Shown here: positions 30,601-38,911 of the stretch, one piece after another | Position numbering within the stretch: position 1 is the stretch's first letter | Layout of the letters: each line of letters begins with the position of its first letter | NCBI GenBank assembly: GCA_963675295.2 | Contig: CAXXKJ010000002.1 | Location: 3,872,001 to 3,936,000 of the forward strand | Source of the DNA: a bacterium | GTDB taxonomy: Bacteria; Electryoneota; Electryoneia; Electryoneales; Electryoneaceae | Length of the DNA: 64,000 nt | Direction: 5' to 3' | Notes under the pieces: generated by a model | The model's database searches: none | Seen by the model: only the letters and a program-made list of their open reading frames with translations | Told to the model about the DNA's origin: nothing | Translations under genes and position numbers: made by a program

Positions 30601-31910
30601 GGGACAAGTCGTACGGCACGCGTTTCTGGTTCACCGAAGCCGGTGAAGTGGTTGCGGTCTGCGAACTCAGTGGCCGGACGGTTGCGCGTGAATCCGACGA
30701 CAAGGAGGGTGATTCTCAAGCGCTGACAACCGCGCCATCTGAGCACCACTCCGCCCCATCCGCTGAGCAGTCGCCTGACAGCAACGGTTCATCTGCTCCG
30801 GCCGTCACGGAAGACAGCGCCGCTGTCCAGGATGATGGCATCGACTGGGATGATCCGGATCGTGAACCGACCGAACTGGAAGAACAGCTGATCGAGTTGT
30901 GGGAAGAGCTGCTCGATATCGACGACGTCGGGCTGCACGATGACTTCTTCGAACTCGGCGGTGAGTCAGTGCTGGCGGTACGGCTGATCGGACGCGTCGA
31001 GAAGCTGGTCGGGCGTTCGATTCCAGTGGCGAATTTCCTCAAGACGCGTACCGTCGCACAGATGGCGAAGATCCTCTCGGATGAGGATTGGGCGCCGGAC
31101 TGGTCGTCGCTAGTGCCGTTGCGCGCGACCGGCGAACGGCTGCCGTTGTTCTTCACGCATCCGGTCGGCGGGAACGTGCTCAAGTACCGTGAGCTGATCT
31201 CGTTCATTCCCGAGGAGCAGCCGCTGTATGCGTTGCAAGCGCGCGGTCTGGACGGTGAGGAAGAACCGTTCGACAACGTGCCCGAGATGGCGGAGTATTA
31301 CCTCAAGGGCATCCGTGCCGCGCAGGAAGAAGGACCGTACCTGCTGGCCGGTTTTTCCGGTGGTGGGGTGATCTCGTGGGAGATGGCCTTCCAGCTCGAA
31401 CAGGCCGGTGAAGAGGTCGCGATGCTGGCGTTGTTCGACACGTTTGGTCCAGGGTACTACACGTTCGAGATGGGCGGCAGCCGTCTGCCGCATCAGCTGG
31501 AGACGTTCCTCTGGCGGATCGAACTGCACCTGGAGACGATGGCAACGCTCAGCATGCCGCAGAAGATCGATTACATCAGGCGCAAGCTGAAGCACGGCAA
31601 CCGCAAGGGTCGTGGCGGCTCCGGCGGCACCATTCGCAAGGTCGAAGACATGACCTACGAGGCGGTGCTGAGTTACAAGCCGAAGAAGCTGGAGCATGTA
31701 CCGGTGCACCTGTTCCGTGCCAGCCATCAGCCGAAACAGTCCACCGGCGACGAGCTGCTGAACTGGGGACCGTATGTCGGGAAGGGCAACCTGTCGGTGC
31801 ACCAGGTACACGGCACTCACGGGCACCTGGTCGAACAGCCGCATGTGGACGGTTTGGCGAAGATCCTGAACGAAGTGCTCGACGGGACACACGCCCGGAT
31901 TGGCGGATAG
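24609..31910 (+). CDS. Type I PKS 2: KS - AT - DPY/DxWGNP low-complexity linker - DH-like - Sfp-type PPTase - NRPS-type carrier - thioesterase
   Basis: DAACSAS/EAHGTG/GHS (KS); GHSTG/RAFH (AT); 'SHAFGG...PFVMSLE' (DH-like); GRIAAKE/YGKP/SLSHS/GIDYE/WCSKEA (PPTase); DDFFELGGES (T); HPVGG/GFSGG/GTH (TE). GAAGGA RBS before ATG 24609; the ORF-track start lies inside a repeat. Confidence 0.93.
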   Translation: MSSVKRNPGQQNIAIVGMASVFPKAHDVREYWQNLVDKVDGVTDGVPEWTQHYYDPEMKEVARIYTKKGGFVDRDLPFDPLEFGIMPSQVDGTTPDHFLALKACKDALIDAGYWDGMKSFDKTRTGVILGYGPNANRGNLLAFQHGMVVDQTMAIIKNLLPDMDEQMIYDIRHDIMDGLPMLRPEIVPGFVANVLTGRIANRLDLMGPNYIVDAACSASFISLDASIKELRSGRSDMILAGGVNMSMPPQMMMVFSIIEALTRDIVRPFDKRASGVLLGEGMGIMVLKRLEDAERDDDRIYAVIKGISLASDGKSKGLLAPRFEGEVLAMQRAYEETGIDKHTISLLEAHGTGIPLGDETEVKSIKTVFGDRPEDGLPIGLGGVKSMLGHSLMAAGSAGMIKTVLGLYHKSLPPTLCDEVSPALELETSPVYVNNKIRPWINGQDHPRRAGVNAFGFGGIDGHCIVEEYTGPSGKDRVKLLDKVWPHELLVFHGRSQDDVVEQVNNVIGVIQHPRNFLLKDIAYSLVEHAKGQYGPVRLAVLITDNREDAVKRLKDAIEKIKSGKAERMKGRGGIFFGDKVRDGKMAFIYPGHGAQYPEMFADLCRFFPKVREWFDVMDRLFVKNMGIRPSDALYPKPTVLTDEEREALAKELFTGDYSIAITNYTADAMDELVRDTLGVKPDVMIGHSTGELNAVGSSGYFKKPGKTELDEPTELLVDVFTSFRDELGGYPTGALLAVGAADHKKVEKIIADSKGKLSFVLDNCPNQVLVYGAEEDVLNAKPLFEKAGGICERMPFDRAFHTPEFKLVSEKLAKRFKTDWFDKGHTKLFSATKGDYYPDDPKKVHQWAADLWSEPVMFRGAIEKLYEDGVRIFVEVGANANLTAFVNDTLMGKDYLAVATNNARKGDLDQLNTMLAQLFINGRVPRFEGMYEHREVTLVPVNPAEIEPEKKRPTNQRLVRDVATMRLSDKMMQRLNEKFPHRGLTGAGAAKIIPEAAEAAKIQDQAAPEATPVAKSANGQPAAAPQPHEMAPQQPPAYDPSGYPQQQPMVDQWGNPLPQQPGYDPYAQPQQAPMYDPYGNGGFDPYTGQPIPQQPYPVQQQFDAWGNPIPQPGFDPYAPPPPPYDPYAAQMGYPPYPPQPMVDQWGNPLPQQPGFDPYAQPPQQQYDAWGNPIPQDPYNPQPWGPDFFVPGSLGVPPPDPWGYQPQAPMMFDAYGNPLPADPYGMMPPYDPYGAPPFDPYAPPPPPEMGMMPPYDPYAQPMMPPQGFDPNVSPAPMEMQAPPAPVMEPALETAPPQAAVEAPAPPSAPEAQAPAAPAPAVPAKAEPQADVEALREQARAAMNAHDIPFGKKPPVSQEMLDAMLSDPSNPDAPDHLLKKIDPQASLSAPNYPRPASSELPFEQAYPMLGKVVSKDENLLECERHLNVETDLVLKSHAFGGPPSRHQKQLRPMAIVPFVMSLETCAEAATYLMDGTKHVKTFKMIRGHRWLALTDGTLDILIKAKKLKDLEDGDTLVRVEIFQYHKHRDGRVEPHLTFETMAIVGDREHDPVAPMPFKVPNPKYSHFTTEMLYNDGIFYSMNYPGRFHGRHFRAIRNIRHVSPHTIEVDIEVPDWDDLFANIQDPQFQTDIFVMDAAVLQVGFYYTEVYGMDANLFPFMIKEARFFGGPPPKGRKLIGRAVMRLTGIGDIELDSNPYFNFQDKDGNVIYQMDDHSLEGFHFPPEYYKAVMVPNMGCLEGTVDIIDAETGHVYTHIEGWQNRYFDMPVRFDTVTLFMHDFTLSEPWLTEKTGLRMRINEPFEEGLLEESWGVWGSKLAHTTLTEAEKKQYYSFPEGNPRRQDWLMGRIAAKELLIDWIMKETIEDRYNPIDIEIRIDEYGKPYGVCTPLPELKLPDFSLSHSKRYAVTVAAKDLDTAIGIDYEWLDSFNYDDVLAGGFAKETMDEVRALPEDQRTRATAALWCSKEAVAKALGSGMNYEPREWAIDSYDLTAGTASVRYRDKSYGTRFWFTEAGEVVAVCELSGRTVARESDDKEGDSQALTTAPSEHHSAPSAEQSPDSNGSSAPAVTEDSAAVQDDGIDWDDPDREPTELEEQLIELWEELLDIDDVGLHDDFFELGGESVLAVRLIGRVEKLVGRSIPVANFLKTRTVAQMAKILSDEDWAPDWSSLVPLRATGERLPLFFTHPVGGNVLKYRELISFIPEEQPLYALQARGLDGEEEPFDNVPEMAEYYLKGIRAAQEEGPYLLAGFSGGGVISWEMAFQLEQAGEEVAMLALFDTFGPGYYTFEMGGSRLPHQLETFLWRIELHLETMATLSMPQKIDYIRRKLKHGNRKGRGGSGGTIRKVEDMTYEAVLSYKPKKLEHVPVHLFRASHQPKQSTGDELLNWGPYVGKGNLSVHQVHGTHGHLVEQPHVDGLAKILNEVLDGTHARIGG
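27669..28600 (+). repeat. Coding low-complexity region rich in Pro/Gln/Tyr/Asp/Gly/Met
   Basis: About 11 DPY and 5 D(Q/A)(W/Y)GNP motifs, followed by a Pro/Ala/Glu linker. Confidence 0.95.
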
Positions 31911-31999
31911 GGTCAGGCTCGGCGCTCTGGACAGATATGTGGCCGTGTTAAAAATTTGCAGACGCGGACCTGGTTCTGGTTACTCAACTTGCCGGATCA

Positions 32000-32193
32000 G
32001 CCGCGGTAGCGAACAGAAGCTCCCGCGGGCATCGTCCGAGTTGCGAGTGACGGTTTACCCGCGTTTGCAAGCAAACACGGGCATGATTGTAATGGACTGA
32101 GGACCGAGGACTGAGGAAGAGTAAAACTGCCACGGACTGAAGTCCGTGGCAATTGAGTTTTTACTCACCACTCACAACTCACCACTCACTACT
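32000..32193. repeat. REP-like hairpins, heptamer arrays and probable bidirectional terminator at the PKS2/sulfotransferase convergence
   Basis: ccgcgg..ccgcgggca (~32001-32031); family B cccgcgtttgcaagcaaacacgggca (32058-32083); (GGACTGA)3 32094-32117; tgccacggactgaagtccgtggca 32128-32151 inside a longer gagtaaaa..ttttactc stem; (ACTCACN)4 32163-32193. Confidence 0.75.
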
Positions 32194-32203
32194 GCCCCAC
32201 CCA

Positions 32204-33127
32204 TCACTTCTTCTTCGGCTTCGGTGTGGCGTCGTTCCACGCGTTCAAGTCACGTCCGAGGAACTCGGCGAGGCGGTCATTGGCCGGCTTGAAGGTCTCG
32301 ACCAGTTTCTCGCGCACATCCTGCGGCATATCCTCATACTTCTCGCGCTTGATGTTAAGCTGCTTGATGTTGCCCCACACCTTGCCCGCGCCGAGGTTGT
32401 ACTTGAGGCGGTCACGGAGCCAGCGTGTGGCGGCAAATTTGCCGACGGCGATGTGCATCAGGTAAAACGCCTTCAGCGCGTTTTTTGACCGGATCTGCTT
32501 CGCGGTGTTGACGCGTTTGTTGAGGATCTCCAGCGGCACCGGTTCGATCTCGAGGAACGCGCAGAGCTCCTCGTACACTTTCTGGTTGTCCGCCTTGATA
32601 TCGTCCATCAGCACGATGTGCATCTGTTCGCGCGGGAAATACTCGAGGAATTTCTCAATCCAGTTGATGTACTGGAAGTATTCCCGTCCCTCCGGCACCT
32701 CTTCGAACGCCTGCTCGAACGGCATGTCCACCGGGTGAAACGCGCTGTAGTGGTGGTAGAACGAGTACGCCGCTTCGGTCGGATTGCGGAAGTTGAACAG
32801 CAGCTTGGCTTTCGGGTTGTGTTCGTGGATCAGACGCGGGCTGCCCGGATCGTTGAGGTACCGCGGGCTGTACTCACCCTTGATCTGGCCGGGCTGGCAG
32901 TGGTCGAACTGCTGTTTCAGCCACTCGATGCCCTTCGGCTTCATCCTGGTTTCGGTGGTACCGAGACGGTGCTGCATATACAGCGGCATCAACTCGAGGA
33001 AGTAGTCGAGCTCCTTGCCGTGTCCGAGGCAGGCCTGCGGATGTTCATCGAGAATTGCCGCGGTCCAGGATGTGCCCGCTTTTGCGGCGCCGACGCCGAC
33101 AAAGTCCAGCTTGAAGTCACTGCTCAT
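32204..33127 (-). CDS. PAPS-dependent sulfotransferase ST1
   Basis: 5'-PSB GAAKAGTSW, KELDYF, GEYSPRY, 3'-PB FRNPTEAAYS. Confidence 0.92.
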   Translation of the reverse strand: MSSDFKLDFVGVGAAKAGTSWTAAILDEHPQACLGHGKELDYFLELMPLYMQHRLGTTETRMKPKGIEWLKQQFDHCQPGQIKGEYSPRYLNDPGSPRLIHEHNPKAKLLFNFRNPTEAAYSFYHHYSAFHPVDMPFEQAFEEVPEGREYFQYINWIEKFLEYFPREQMHIVLMDDIKADNQKVYEELCAFLEIEPVPLEILNKRVNTAKQIRSKNALKAFYLMHIAVGKFAATRWLRDRLKYNLGAGKVWGNIKQLNIKREKYEDMPQDVREKLVETFKPANDRLAEFLGRDLNAWNDATPKPKKK

Positions 33128-34053
33128 TTGGCGGTGGCCCCTTTCGGTTCGGGCATTTTCAGCCAGTGGCTGAGGTCACGGTTCTGCATCTTGCCAACTT
33201 CGATGATGTCGTCGTGGAATTCTTCGATCAGGCGTGCGCGGGTTTCCAGTTTCATCGGCGGATACTTCGCCTCGACGGAATTCCAGCGGCGGATCTTGCG
33301 GGCGATCACGCTCAGTTTCTTCTCCCGCATCCAGTCGCGGATGTTGCGCATCGTCTGGTTCTTGTTGAACAGGTAGTACACCTGAATCGCGAGGTCACGG
33401 ACCTTTGTCGACCGGACCATTGTGCTCGGGTTCACCTTTTTGTTCACCGAGTCGAGTTCGATCTCGTCGATGCCGAGAAACTCGCACAGCTCGCTGTAGA
33501 CGGCGCTCGAATCGGCTTTGATATCATCGAGGAAGATGAACTTGATCTGTTCTTTCGGGAAGTAGTCGAGGTACCGCTTCATGTGCCGCGAATAGCTGTA
33601 GTACTCGATGTGATCGTTGGTGCGGTCGAGCAGTTCCTCGAAGGTCTCATGCACCGTGTGCATCTGAAAGACCTGGTAGTACACGGAATAGACAGCATCC
33701 ACAGGGTTGCGGATGTTCATGATCAGCTTCAGATCTGGATTGTGCTCGGCCAGCAGTTTCGGGCTGGTCGGATCTGCGAGGTAGCTGGTCGACAGTTCGC
33801 CCTTCAACTGTCCGGGCTCACAGCGGCAGTACTGTTCCTCGTACCACTCCATACCACGGCTGTAATTCAATGAATCGAAATGCGAACCTGTCCGTGGAAA
33901 CACACCTTCCAGCGGATGGTTGCGCATGAAGTAGTTCAATTCCTTGCGTCTTCCGATGCAGGTTTGGGGGTGATCCATCAACTGCTTGGTAACCCACGTC
34001 GTTCCTGCTTTTGCAGCACCGACGCCGCAGAAATCAATCTTGAAGTCGCTCAT
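33124..34053 (-). CDS. PAPS-dependent sulfotransferase ST2 (paralog of ST1)
   Basis: GAAKAGTTW, KELNYF, IRNPVDAVYS; 4-bp overlap with ST1. Confidence 0.92.
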   Translation of the reverse strand: MSDFKIDFCGVGAAKAGTTWVTKQLMDHPQTCIGRRKELNYFMRNHPLEGVFPRTGSHFDSLNYSRGMEWYEEQYCRCEPGQLKGELSTSYLADPTSPKLLAEHNPDLKLIMNIRNPVDAVYSVYYQVFQMHTVHETFEELLDRTNDHIEYYSYSRHMKRYLDYFPKEQIKFIFLDDIKADSSAVYSELCEFLGIDEIELDSVNKKVNPSTMVRSTKVRDLAIQVYYLFNKNQTMRNIRDWMREKKLSVIARKIRRWNSVEAKYPPMKLETRARLIEEFHDDIIEVGKMQNRDLSHWLKMPEPKGATAK

Positions 34054-34276
34054 TCCCTGACTCGTTGTTCAACTCGTTGTTGTCCGATCAGCCTGCCTGA
34101 CCTGGCAGCTGCAGACGGGCCTTTGGAATCGTTGTTGCGTATTCACCGGTAACCAAGTGTGACCCATTGACCCAGCGGAAGTTAGACAGCCGAATGGTTC
34201 CACTCAAGCAAAAGGTTTGGCCAATGCTCACCTTGAGAACACCGTGGCGGAAGGAAGCTGAAAATGCCTGAAAATT

Positions 34277-35458
34277 CTATCTCGTGGCGGCAACGGTTCT
34301 TTTCCCGATTGCGTCCTCGTAGATCTCGATCATGCGCTGGTAGGATGCCTCGGTTGCGTAGGTCTGCTCGAATTCGGTCCGGGCAGCCTTGGAGATACGC
34401 TGCAGCCCAGCCGAATCTCCTTGAATGTCCCGGATTGTGCGGCTCCAAGACGCCGGATCACCGGCCTCGGCGTGCAGGCCGGTGTCACCGTGACGGATCA
34501 TTGTGCCAATGGATCCGATCTTCGAGACCACGATTGGTGTGCCGATGGCGAACGCTTCGAGGATGGTGTACGGCAAGCACTCGTACCAGATGGAAGGAAA
34601 CAGCAGCATGCGCGCGTGTTTCATCAGCTGGTAAACACTCTCCCGCGGTTGCGACCCGAGAAACTCAACGCGAGTCCCCTCCGCTTTCGCACGCAGCTCG
34701 TCCATCAACGGCCCGTCCCCGGCGATCTTCAACGGCAGGCCGGGATCGTCCTGCTTCCACGCGTCCACGAGCGTCGCCACACCCTTTTCGTGCGACAATC
34801 GGCCAACAAACAGTGCGTAGTCCTGCGGATCGTACTGGTAGCCGGGGTCCTCGCTGAGGAAATTCGGCTTGATGACGACTCGTTCCGCAGGCAAGCCTCC
34901 CTCGATGTACTTGTCGCGGGTGAATGGTGTCAGCGCGATGTAGCGGGTGACGTACCGGTTCCACGTGCCCATCATCCGGTGTGTGGTCAGCATCGCGGCG
35001 ACCGCACCGCTGATCTTGCGGTTGTCGCGGTAGCATGCGTGCACAACACCGGGATAAGGCACGAACTTGCCCATGCAATCTTCGCACACCTTGCCGTCCC
35101 GGAAGAACGTCGCCGACGGGCAGAACAGCCTGTAGTTGTGCATCGTCTGGACGACGGGCACCTTTTCAGCAGCGGCGGCATAATAGACCGCCGGGCTGAT
35201 CATGAGGAAGAAATTGTGGACGTGGACGATGTCGGCGTTGTGTTCACGGATGGCCGCACGGATGTCGCGGAAATCCTGCTGGCTCCAGATCATCCGTGTC
35301 GCCACGGCGAGCTGGCCCATGCTGTCGGTTTCGTCGTTGCTGCGCGTGTAGGTACGAACGGCGTGACCTTTGGCCAGCAACAGATCACGCTCGTTCTCGA
35401 AGGCAACCGCTTCGCCGCCGCGCTGCTTGTAATCGTTGTAGACGAGCAGAACTCGCAT
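34277..35458 (-). CDS. GT4 glycosyltransferase
   Basis: GGE, HVHNFF, HNYRL.CP, VGRLSHEKG, PSIWYE.LP..ILEAFA.G.P. Confidence 0.93.
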   Translation of the reverse strand: MRVLLVYNDYKQRGGEAVAFENERDLLLAKGHAVRTYTRSNDETDSMGQLAVATRMIWSQQDFRDIRAAIREHNADIVHVHNFFLMISPAVYYAAAAEKVPVVQTMHNYRLFCPSATFFRDGKVCEDCMGKFVPYPGVVHACYRDNRKISGAVAAMLTTHRMMGTWNRYVTRYIALTPFTRDKYIEGGLPAERVVIKPNFLSEDPGYQYDPQDYALFVGRLSHEKGVATLVDAWKQDDPGLPLKIAGDGPLMDELRAKAEGTRVEFLGSQPRESVYQLMKHARMLLFPSIWYECLPYTILEAFAIGTPIVVSKIGSIGTMIRHGDTGLHAEAGDPASWSRTIRDIQGDSAGLQRISKAARTEFEQTYATEASYQRMIEIYEDAIGKRTVAATR

Positions 35459-35510
35459 GTTCCGGGATCCACCGTGACTCTGCGGGTCGCGAAGCGTCAA
35501 TTGTCGACGT

Positions 35511-37061
35511 TTACCGTGTGAAAACGAACAAGCTCTTCAACTTGAGCGGGTTCTTGTCGTCCGGTACGATCTGGTTATGATGTTCCTGGATGAATCGGTC
35601 GTGCATTGCGTCCGACATGCCCATGATCATGAACGCCATCGCCATCACGAACGGATAGTGCAATGTGTTCGCGGTGATCGATGAGAACGCGATCAGGAAA
35701 ATCGAGAGAAATCCCGCCATCGACCAGTAGGCCTGGACGTAATTCCCCCTGTCATCGTGGAATTTCCATCTGAACCATAGCTGCAACGTCAGGTATACAT
35801 AGAAGATCAGCAGAATCCCCGCGCCGACGACACCGAAATCGTGCCATACCTGCAGGTATTCGTTGTGCGGCGGATATTCCTGCTGGAACTTTTGTGCGGA
35901 CATCGCTTCACCGATGTTCCGGCGGGCGGTTCCCGGTCCCTGGCCGAAGATCGGCGCATCCATCGCGCTGTTGATCGTGTGTGGCCAGAGCTTGGAGAAG
36001 CGGCCGGACGAGTCAAACGTGATGAGGAACTCGGTCATGTTCTGCGGCAGACGACCGTTCTTGAACATGCGGGCACGGAAGGCCGGCACGGCAACGAACA
36101 GGCTGACGATCAGCGTACCGCCGATAAGTACTGCCGTGACCAGGCGCATGAAGTGCCGTGGCCGGTTGCGTGAGATCACGACGAGCATCATGCCGGTGCC
36201 CAGTGCCATGCGGGATAGCGTGATGAACACGGTTCCGAGGAACAGCAGCGAATAGAACAAGCCGACACGGCGCTGTTTCGGGTCTGGATGGTACCGCCAG
36301 CGTGCCAGCGGAATCGGCAGAATGGTAGAGGTGAAGAGCGCGACGGTACGCGCGACGACGTCGCCGTCCGGGCCGTTCGCCGTCATCACCAGGCCGCCGG
36401 TGGCGAAAAACCAGCCGAACATCCACATCACGATGAAGATGTTGTTGCGAATCAGCCAGTCGGTGTGTTCGAAGCGTTTCAGGTCAGCGTTGAGGAAATA
36501 GTTATAGGTGAACATCCCGATGATCATCGGGAGCGCGTACCACACCAGGTCCTTGTCGCCGGTACCGACAGAGCCCTTGACGACGTAAATGATCATGCCG
36601 TACGCAAGGAACACCATGTATAGCCAGTACTTGCGCTGGATTCCCTTGTTCCGGAAATAGTAGAGGTTGATGACACCGGCGATGAAGGTGATCAGCGCCC
36701 AGCGCATGCCCGAGGTGGACATGGTGGTGCCGCCGATGTTCATGTTGCCGATGTTCTTGACGATCGTCGAGGTGGAAGCGGAGATGACGGTGAAGTACAC
36801 CAGCAGCAGCGGTTTCAGGATCGAAATCGCGCACAGAATGATAATCACGTATCCCGCGATGATCATCGGCAGGACGTCCGGCTTGACCATCTGCGGCACG
36901 ACGCCCAGAATGAACGCGAACAACAGCAGGCCCATGATGAAGATGCTGCGCCAGAACAGCATCAACATGTAGCCGTAATCCTTGCTCTTCAGCTTCCCGA
37001 AGATGGTATTTGCAGAAGTATCCACAGCACTACCCTGGATTGAAAAATGTGCACCTGACAC
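35511..37061 (-). CDS. wzy: O-antigen ligase/Wzy-like polysaccharide polymerase (start uncertain)
   Basis: Polytopic membrane protein with TLSR, SSGR...W, PIFGQG.G, HNEYLQ...G..G motifs; position in EPS operon. Confidence 0.75.
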   Translation of the reverse strand: MSGAHFSIQGSAVDTSANTIFGKLKSKDYGYMLMLFWRSIFIMGLLLFAFILGVVPQMVKPDVLPMIIAGYVIIILCAISILKPLLLVYFTVISASTSTIVKNIGNMNIGGTTMSTSGMRWALITFIAGVINLYYFRNKGIQRKYWLYMVFLAYGMIIYVVKGSVGTGDKDLVWYALPMIIGMFTYNYFLNADLKRFEHTDWLIRNNIFIVMWMFGWFFATGGLVMTANGPDGDVVARTVALFTSTILPIPLARWRYHPDPKQRRVGLFYSLLFLGTVFITLSRMALGTGMMLVVISRNRPRHFMRLVTAVLIGGTLIVSLFVAVPAFRARMFKNGRLPQNMTEFLITFDSSGRFSKLWPHTINSAMDAPIFGQGPGTARRNIGEAMSAQKFQQEYPPHNEYLQVWHDFGVVGAGILLIFYVYLTLQLWFRWKFHDDRGNYVQAYWSMAGFLSIFLIAFSSITANTLHYPFVMAMAFMIMGMSDAMHDRFIQEHHNQIVPDDKNPLKLKSLFVFTR

Positions 37062-37078
37062 TACTCGGTACAGTCTGA

Positions 37079-38857
37079 CTATTGTTCGGCACGTATGGTC
37101 GAGTGCGACCCTTCGACCAACTCCTGCCAGACGTCAAACCCGAAACGTTTATTGCCGGCTTCGATGCAGGCATTTGGCTTGGGATGGACCCACGTGTTGT
37201 AATCCGACTCGACCGACTGCAGGAACGGCTTCATCTGCTGCTGGTTGATATTGGTCCAGAACAGGTTCTGCGCCGGTGCGGTCGCGACAATCGTGTTGTT
37301 CCTGAATGTAAGCTGCCGGTAGTCCATTTCCTCGGTCTGACCGGTAACTCGTGTATCAATCATCCGGCCATAGCCTCGCAGGTAGATCTGGTTGCGGCCG
37401 TTGCCGATGATCTGGTTGTCGACCAGTGCGATGCGCCTTGAATTGGCGATGCGCACTCCGCCGACGTTGTTGTTGTCGATCTCGCAATTTGTGACGAGGA
37501 TCGGGCCGCGGGTCGCCTCGAGGAAGAGACCGTCCACGTAATTCCGTTTCATGACGCAGTTGTCGATCAGCACGTGCAGGTTGTCATGGTCAAACCAGAT
37601 GCCGAACGTGAGGTTGTCCACCGCCTCATGGTTGCGAATGATGGTGTTCGCGGTGTTGAGGATCTTGATCCCGGCTATGGCCCACGAGTAGGTCTCGCCC
37701 CAGTCGCCGCGCCAGTTGTTTTCGTTGGTGACGCAATCCTCGATCAATAGATCGATGATGTACGCCATGTCAATGCCCTGCGCGCCATTGTTGTTCGCTT
37801 CACAGTCGCGCAACGTGACGTTCTTGCTGTTGTACAGCCCGAGACCGCGATAGTTGTTCGTGTTGAAGCGGCAATTTTCCAGCAGCAGGTTCTCGCAGCC
37901 GCGAATCCACGCCGCCCGTTGCTCGACCATCGTCGCGGCGTGCTGGAAGGTGATGTTGCGCAGGGTGGTGTTCATCGCCTGCATCAACTCGAATACCAGC
38001 GGACGCTCGCCGACCTCGATTGTAGCATCATTCAGCGACAAACCGGCGGGCAGATCGAGCCACAGCTTGTCGTTTGTCTCGTCCACGAAGTACGTACCGT
38101 CCGCCAGCTCATTGCTGCTGAGCACCTGGCGCATGACATCGCCATTGACGATCACGATCTCACGACGTTTGAACAACGGGCCGGAATTCTTGATCCAGTC
38201 GCGGTGCTTCTCCTTCATCCACTCATTCTGCTTCTTCCACGCCTCGGTCTCGGTGACCAGACCCCAGTCGAACTGCCATGAGTGGGTGAACCGTCCATTC
38301 CCAGCGGATTGCCAGCCAGTGTAGATCTCGGAGCCGTCAATCGCGACATCACCGATGCCCTCGATCAACAGTTTGGTGTCCGGGTCCTTGCCCATGCTCA
38401 GGCGTGCGTGTTCACGGTACACGCCTTCATGGATCCGCACATGAATGAAGCTCGCGCCGTTCGCCTTCTGCCGCGCCAGCTTGAGCGCGCTGTCGATGGT
38501 CTTCAGCGGCGCGTCCGGCGTGCCCGGGTTGTTGTCGCTGGCGTTGGCGTGGTTCTGATCGACGACGATGCGCACGACTTCGCTTTCCAGCGCGGGAACT
38601 TCGCCGGCGCCGGGCGTCTCGGTGACCGTCGGGCTGGCGATGCGGGCGTTGTAATCGAGCGCGGGCAGATCCTTGTCCGCCGCACCGCTGCTCTTGTCGC
38701 CACCACCCCAATCATCCGGCTGGCCGGACTCGTCCTCGCCGGAGCGGTTGCCGGGCTGCTTGCCTGCCTTGGATCCAGCGCAGCCGTTGGCCACCAGCAG
38801 CAGCAGCAACACTGCCAGCGTGGTTAGAAACGTCGTATGTCGCGAACGCATCATCAT
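37079..38857 (-). CDS. Lipoprotein with right-handed parallel beta-helix (pectin-lyase-like fold)
   Basis: Lipobox-like VANG-C; 'SD.NPGT...PLKTI..A', GVYRE, Asn-ladder repeats (NN..G), GIWFD.DN. Confidence 0.85.
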   Translation of the reverse strand: MMMRSRHTTFLTTLAVLLLLLVANGCAGSKAGKQPGNRSGEDESGQPDDWGGGDKSSGAADKDLPALDYNARIASPTVTETPGAGEVPALESEVVRIVVDQNHANASDNNPGTPDAPLKTIDSALKLARQKANGASFIHVRIHEGVYREHARLSMGKDPDTKLLIEGIGDVAIDGSEIYTGWQSAGNGRFTHSWQFDWGLVTETEAWKKQNEWMKEKHRDWIKNSGPLFKRREIVIVNGDVMRQVLSSNELADGTYFVDETNDKLWLDLPAGLSLNDATIEVGERPLVFELMQAMNTTLRNITFQHAATMVEQRAAWIRGCENLLLENCRFNTNNYRGLGLYNSKNVTLRDCEANNNGAQGIDMAYIIDLLIEDCVTNENNWRGDWGETYSWAIAGIKILNTANTIIRNHEAVDNLTFGIWFDHDNLHVLIDNCVMKRNYVDGLFLEATRGPILVTNCEIDNNNVGGVRIANSRRIALVDNQIIGNGRNQIYLRGYGRMIDTRVTGQTEEMDYRQLTFRNNTIVATAPAQNLFWTNINQQQMKPFLQSVESDYNTWVHPKPNACIEAGNKRFGFDVWQELVEGSHSTIRAEQ

Positions 38858-38911
38858 GCGTGAACTTCCTGTTGATTCCCGGGATAAGGTGCGAAGGTAA
38901 CCAGTGCCGGC

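Noticed and set aside
16269-31910. Calling the PKS pair a canonical PUFA (pfaA-E) or enediyne synthase
   Set aside because: No FabA-type DH pair, CLF or separate PfaD, and domain order differs from PKSE; the product cannot be assigned from sequence.
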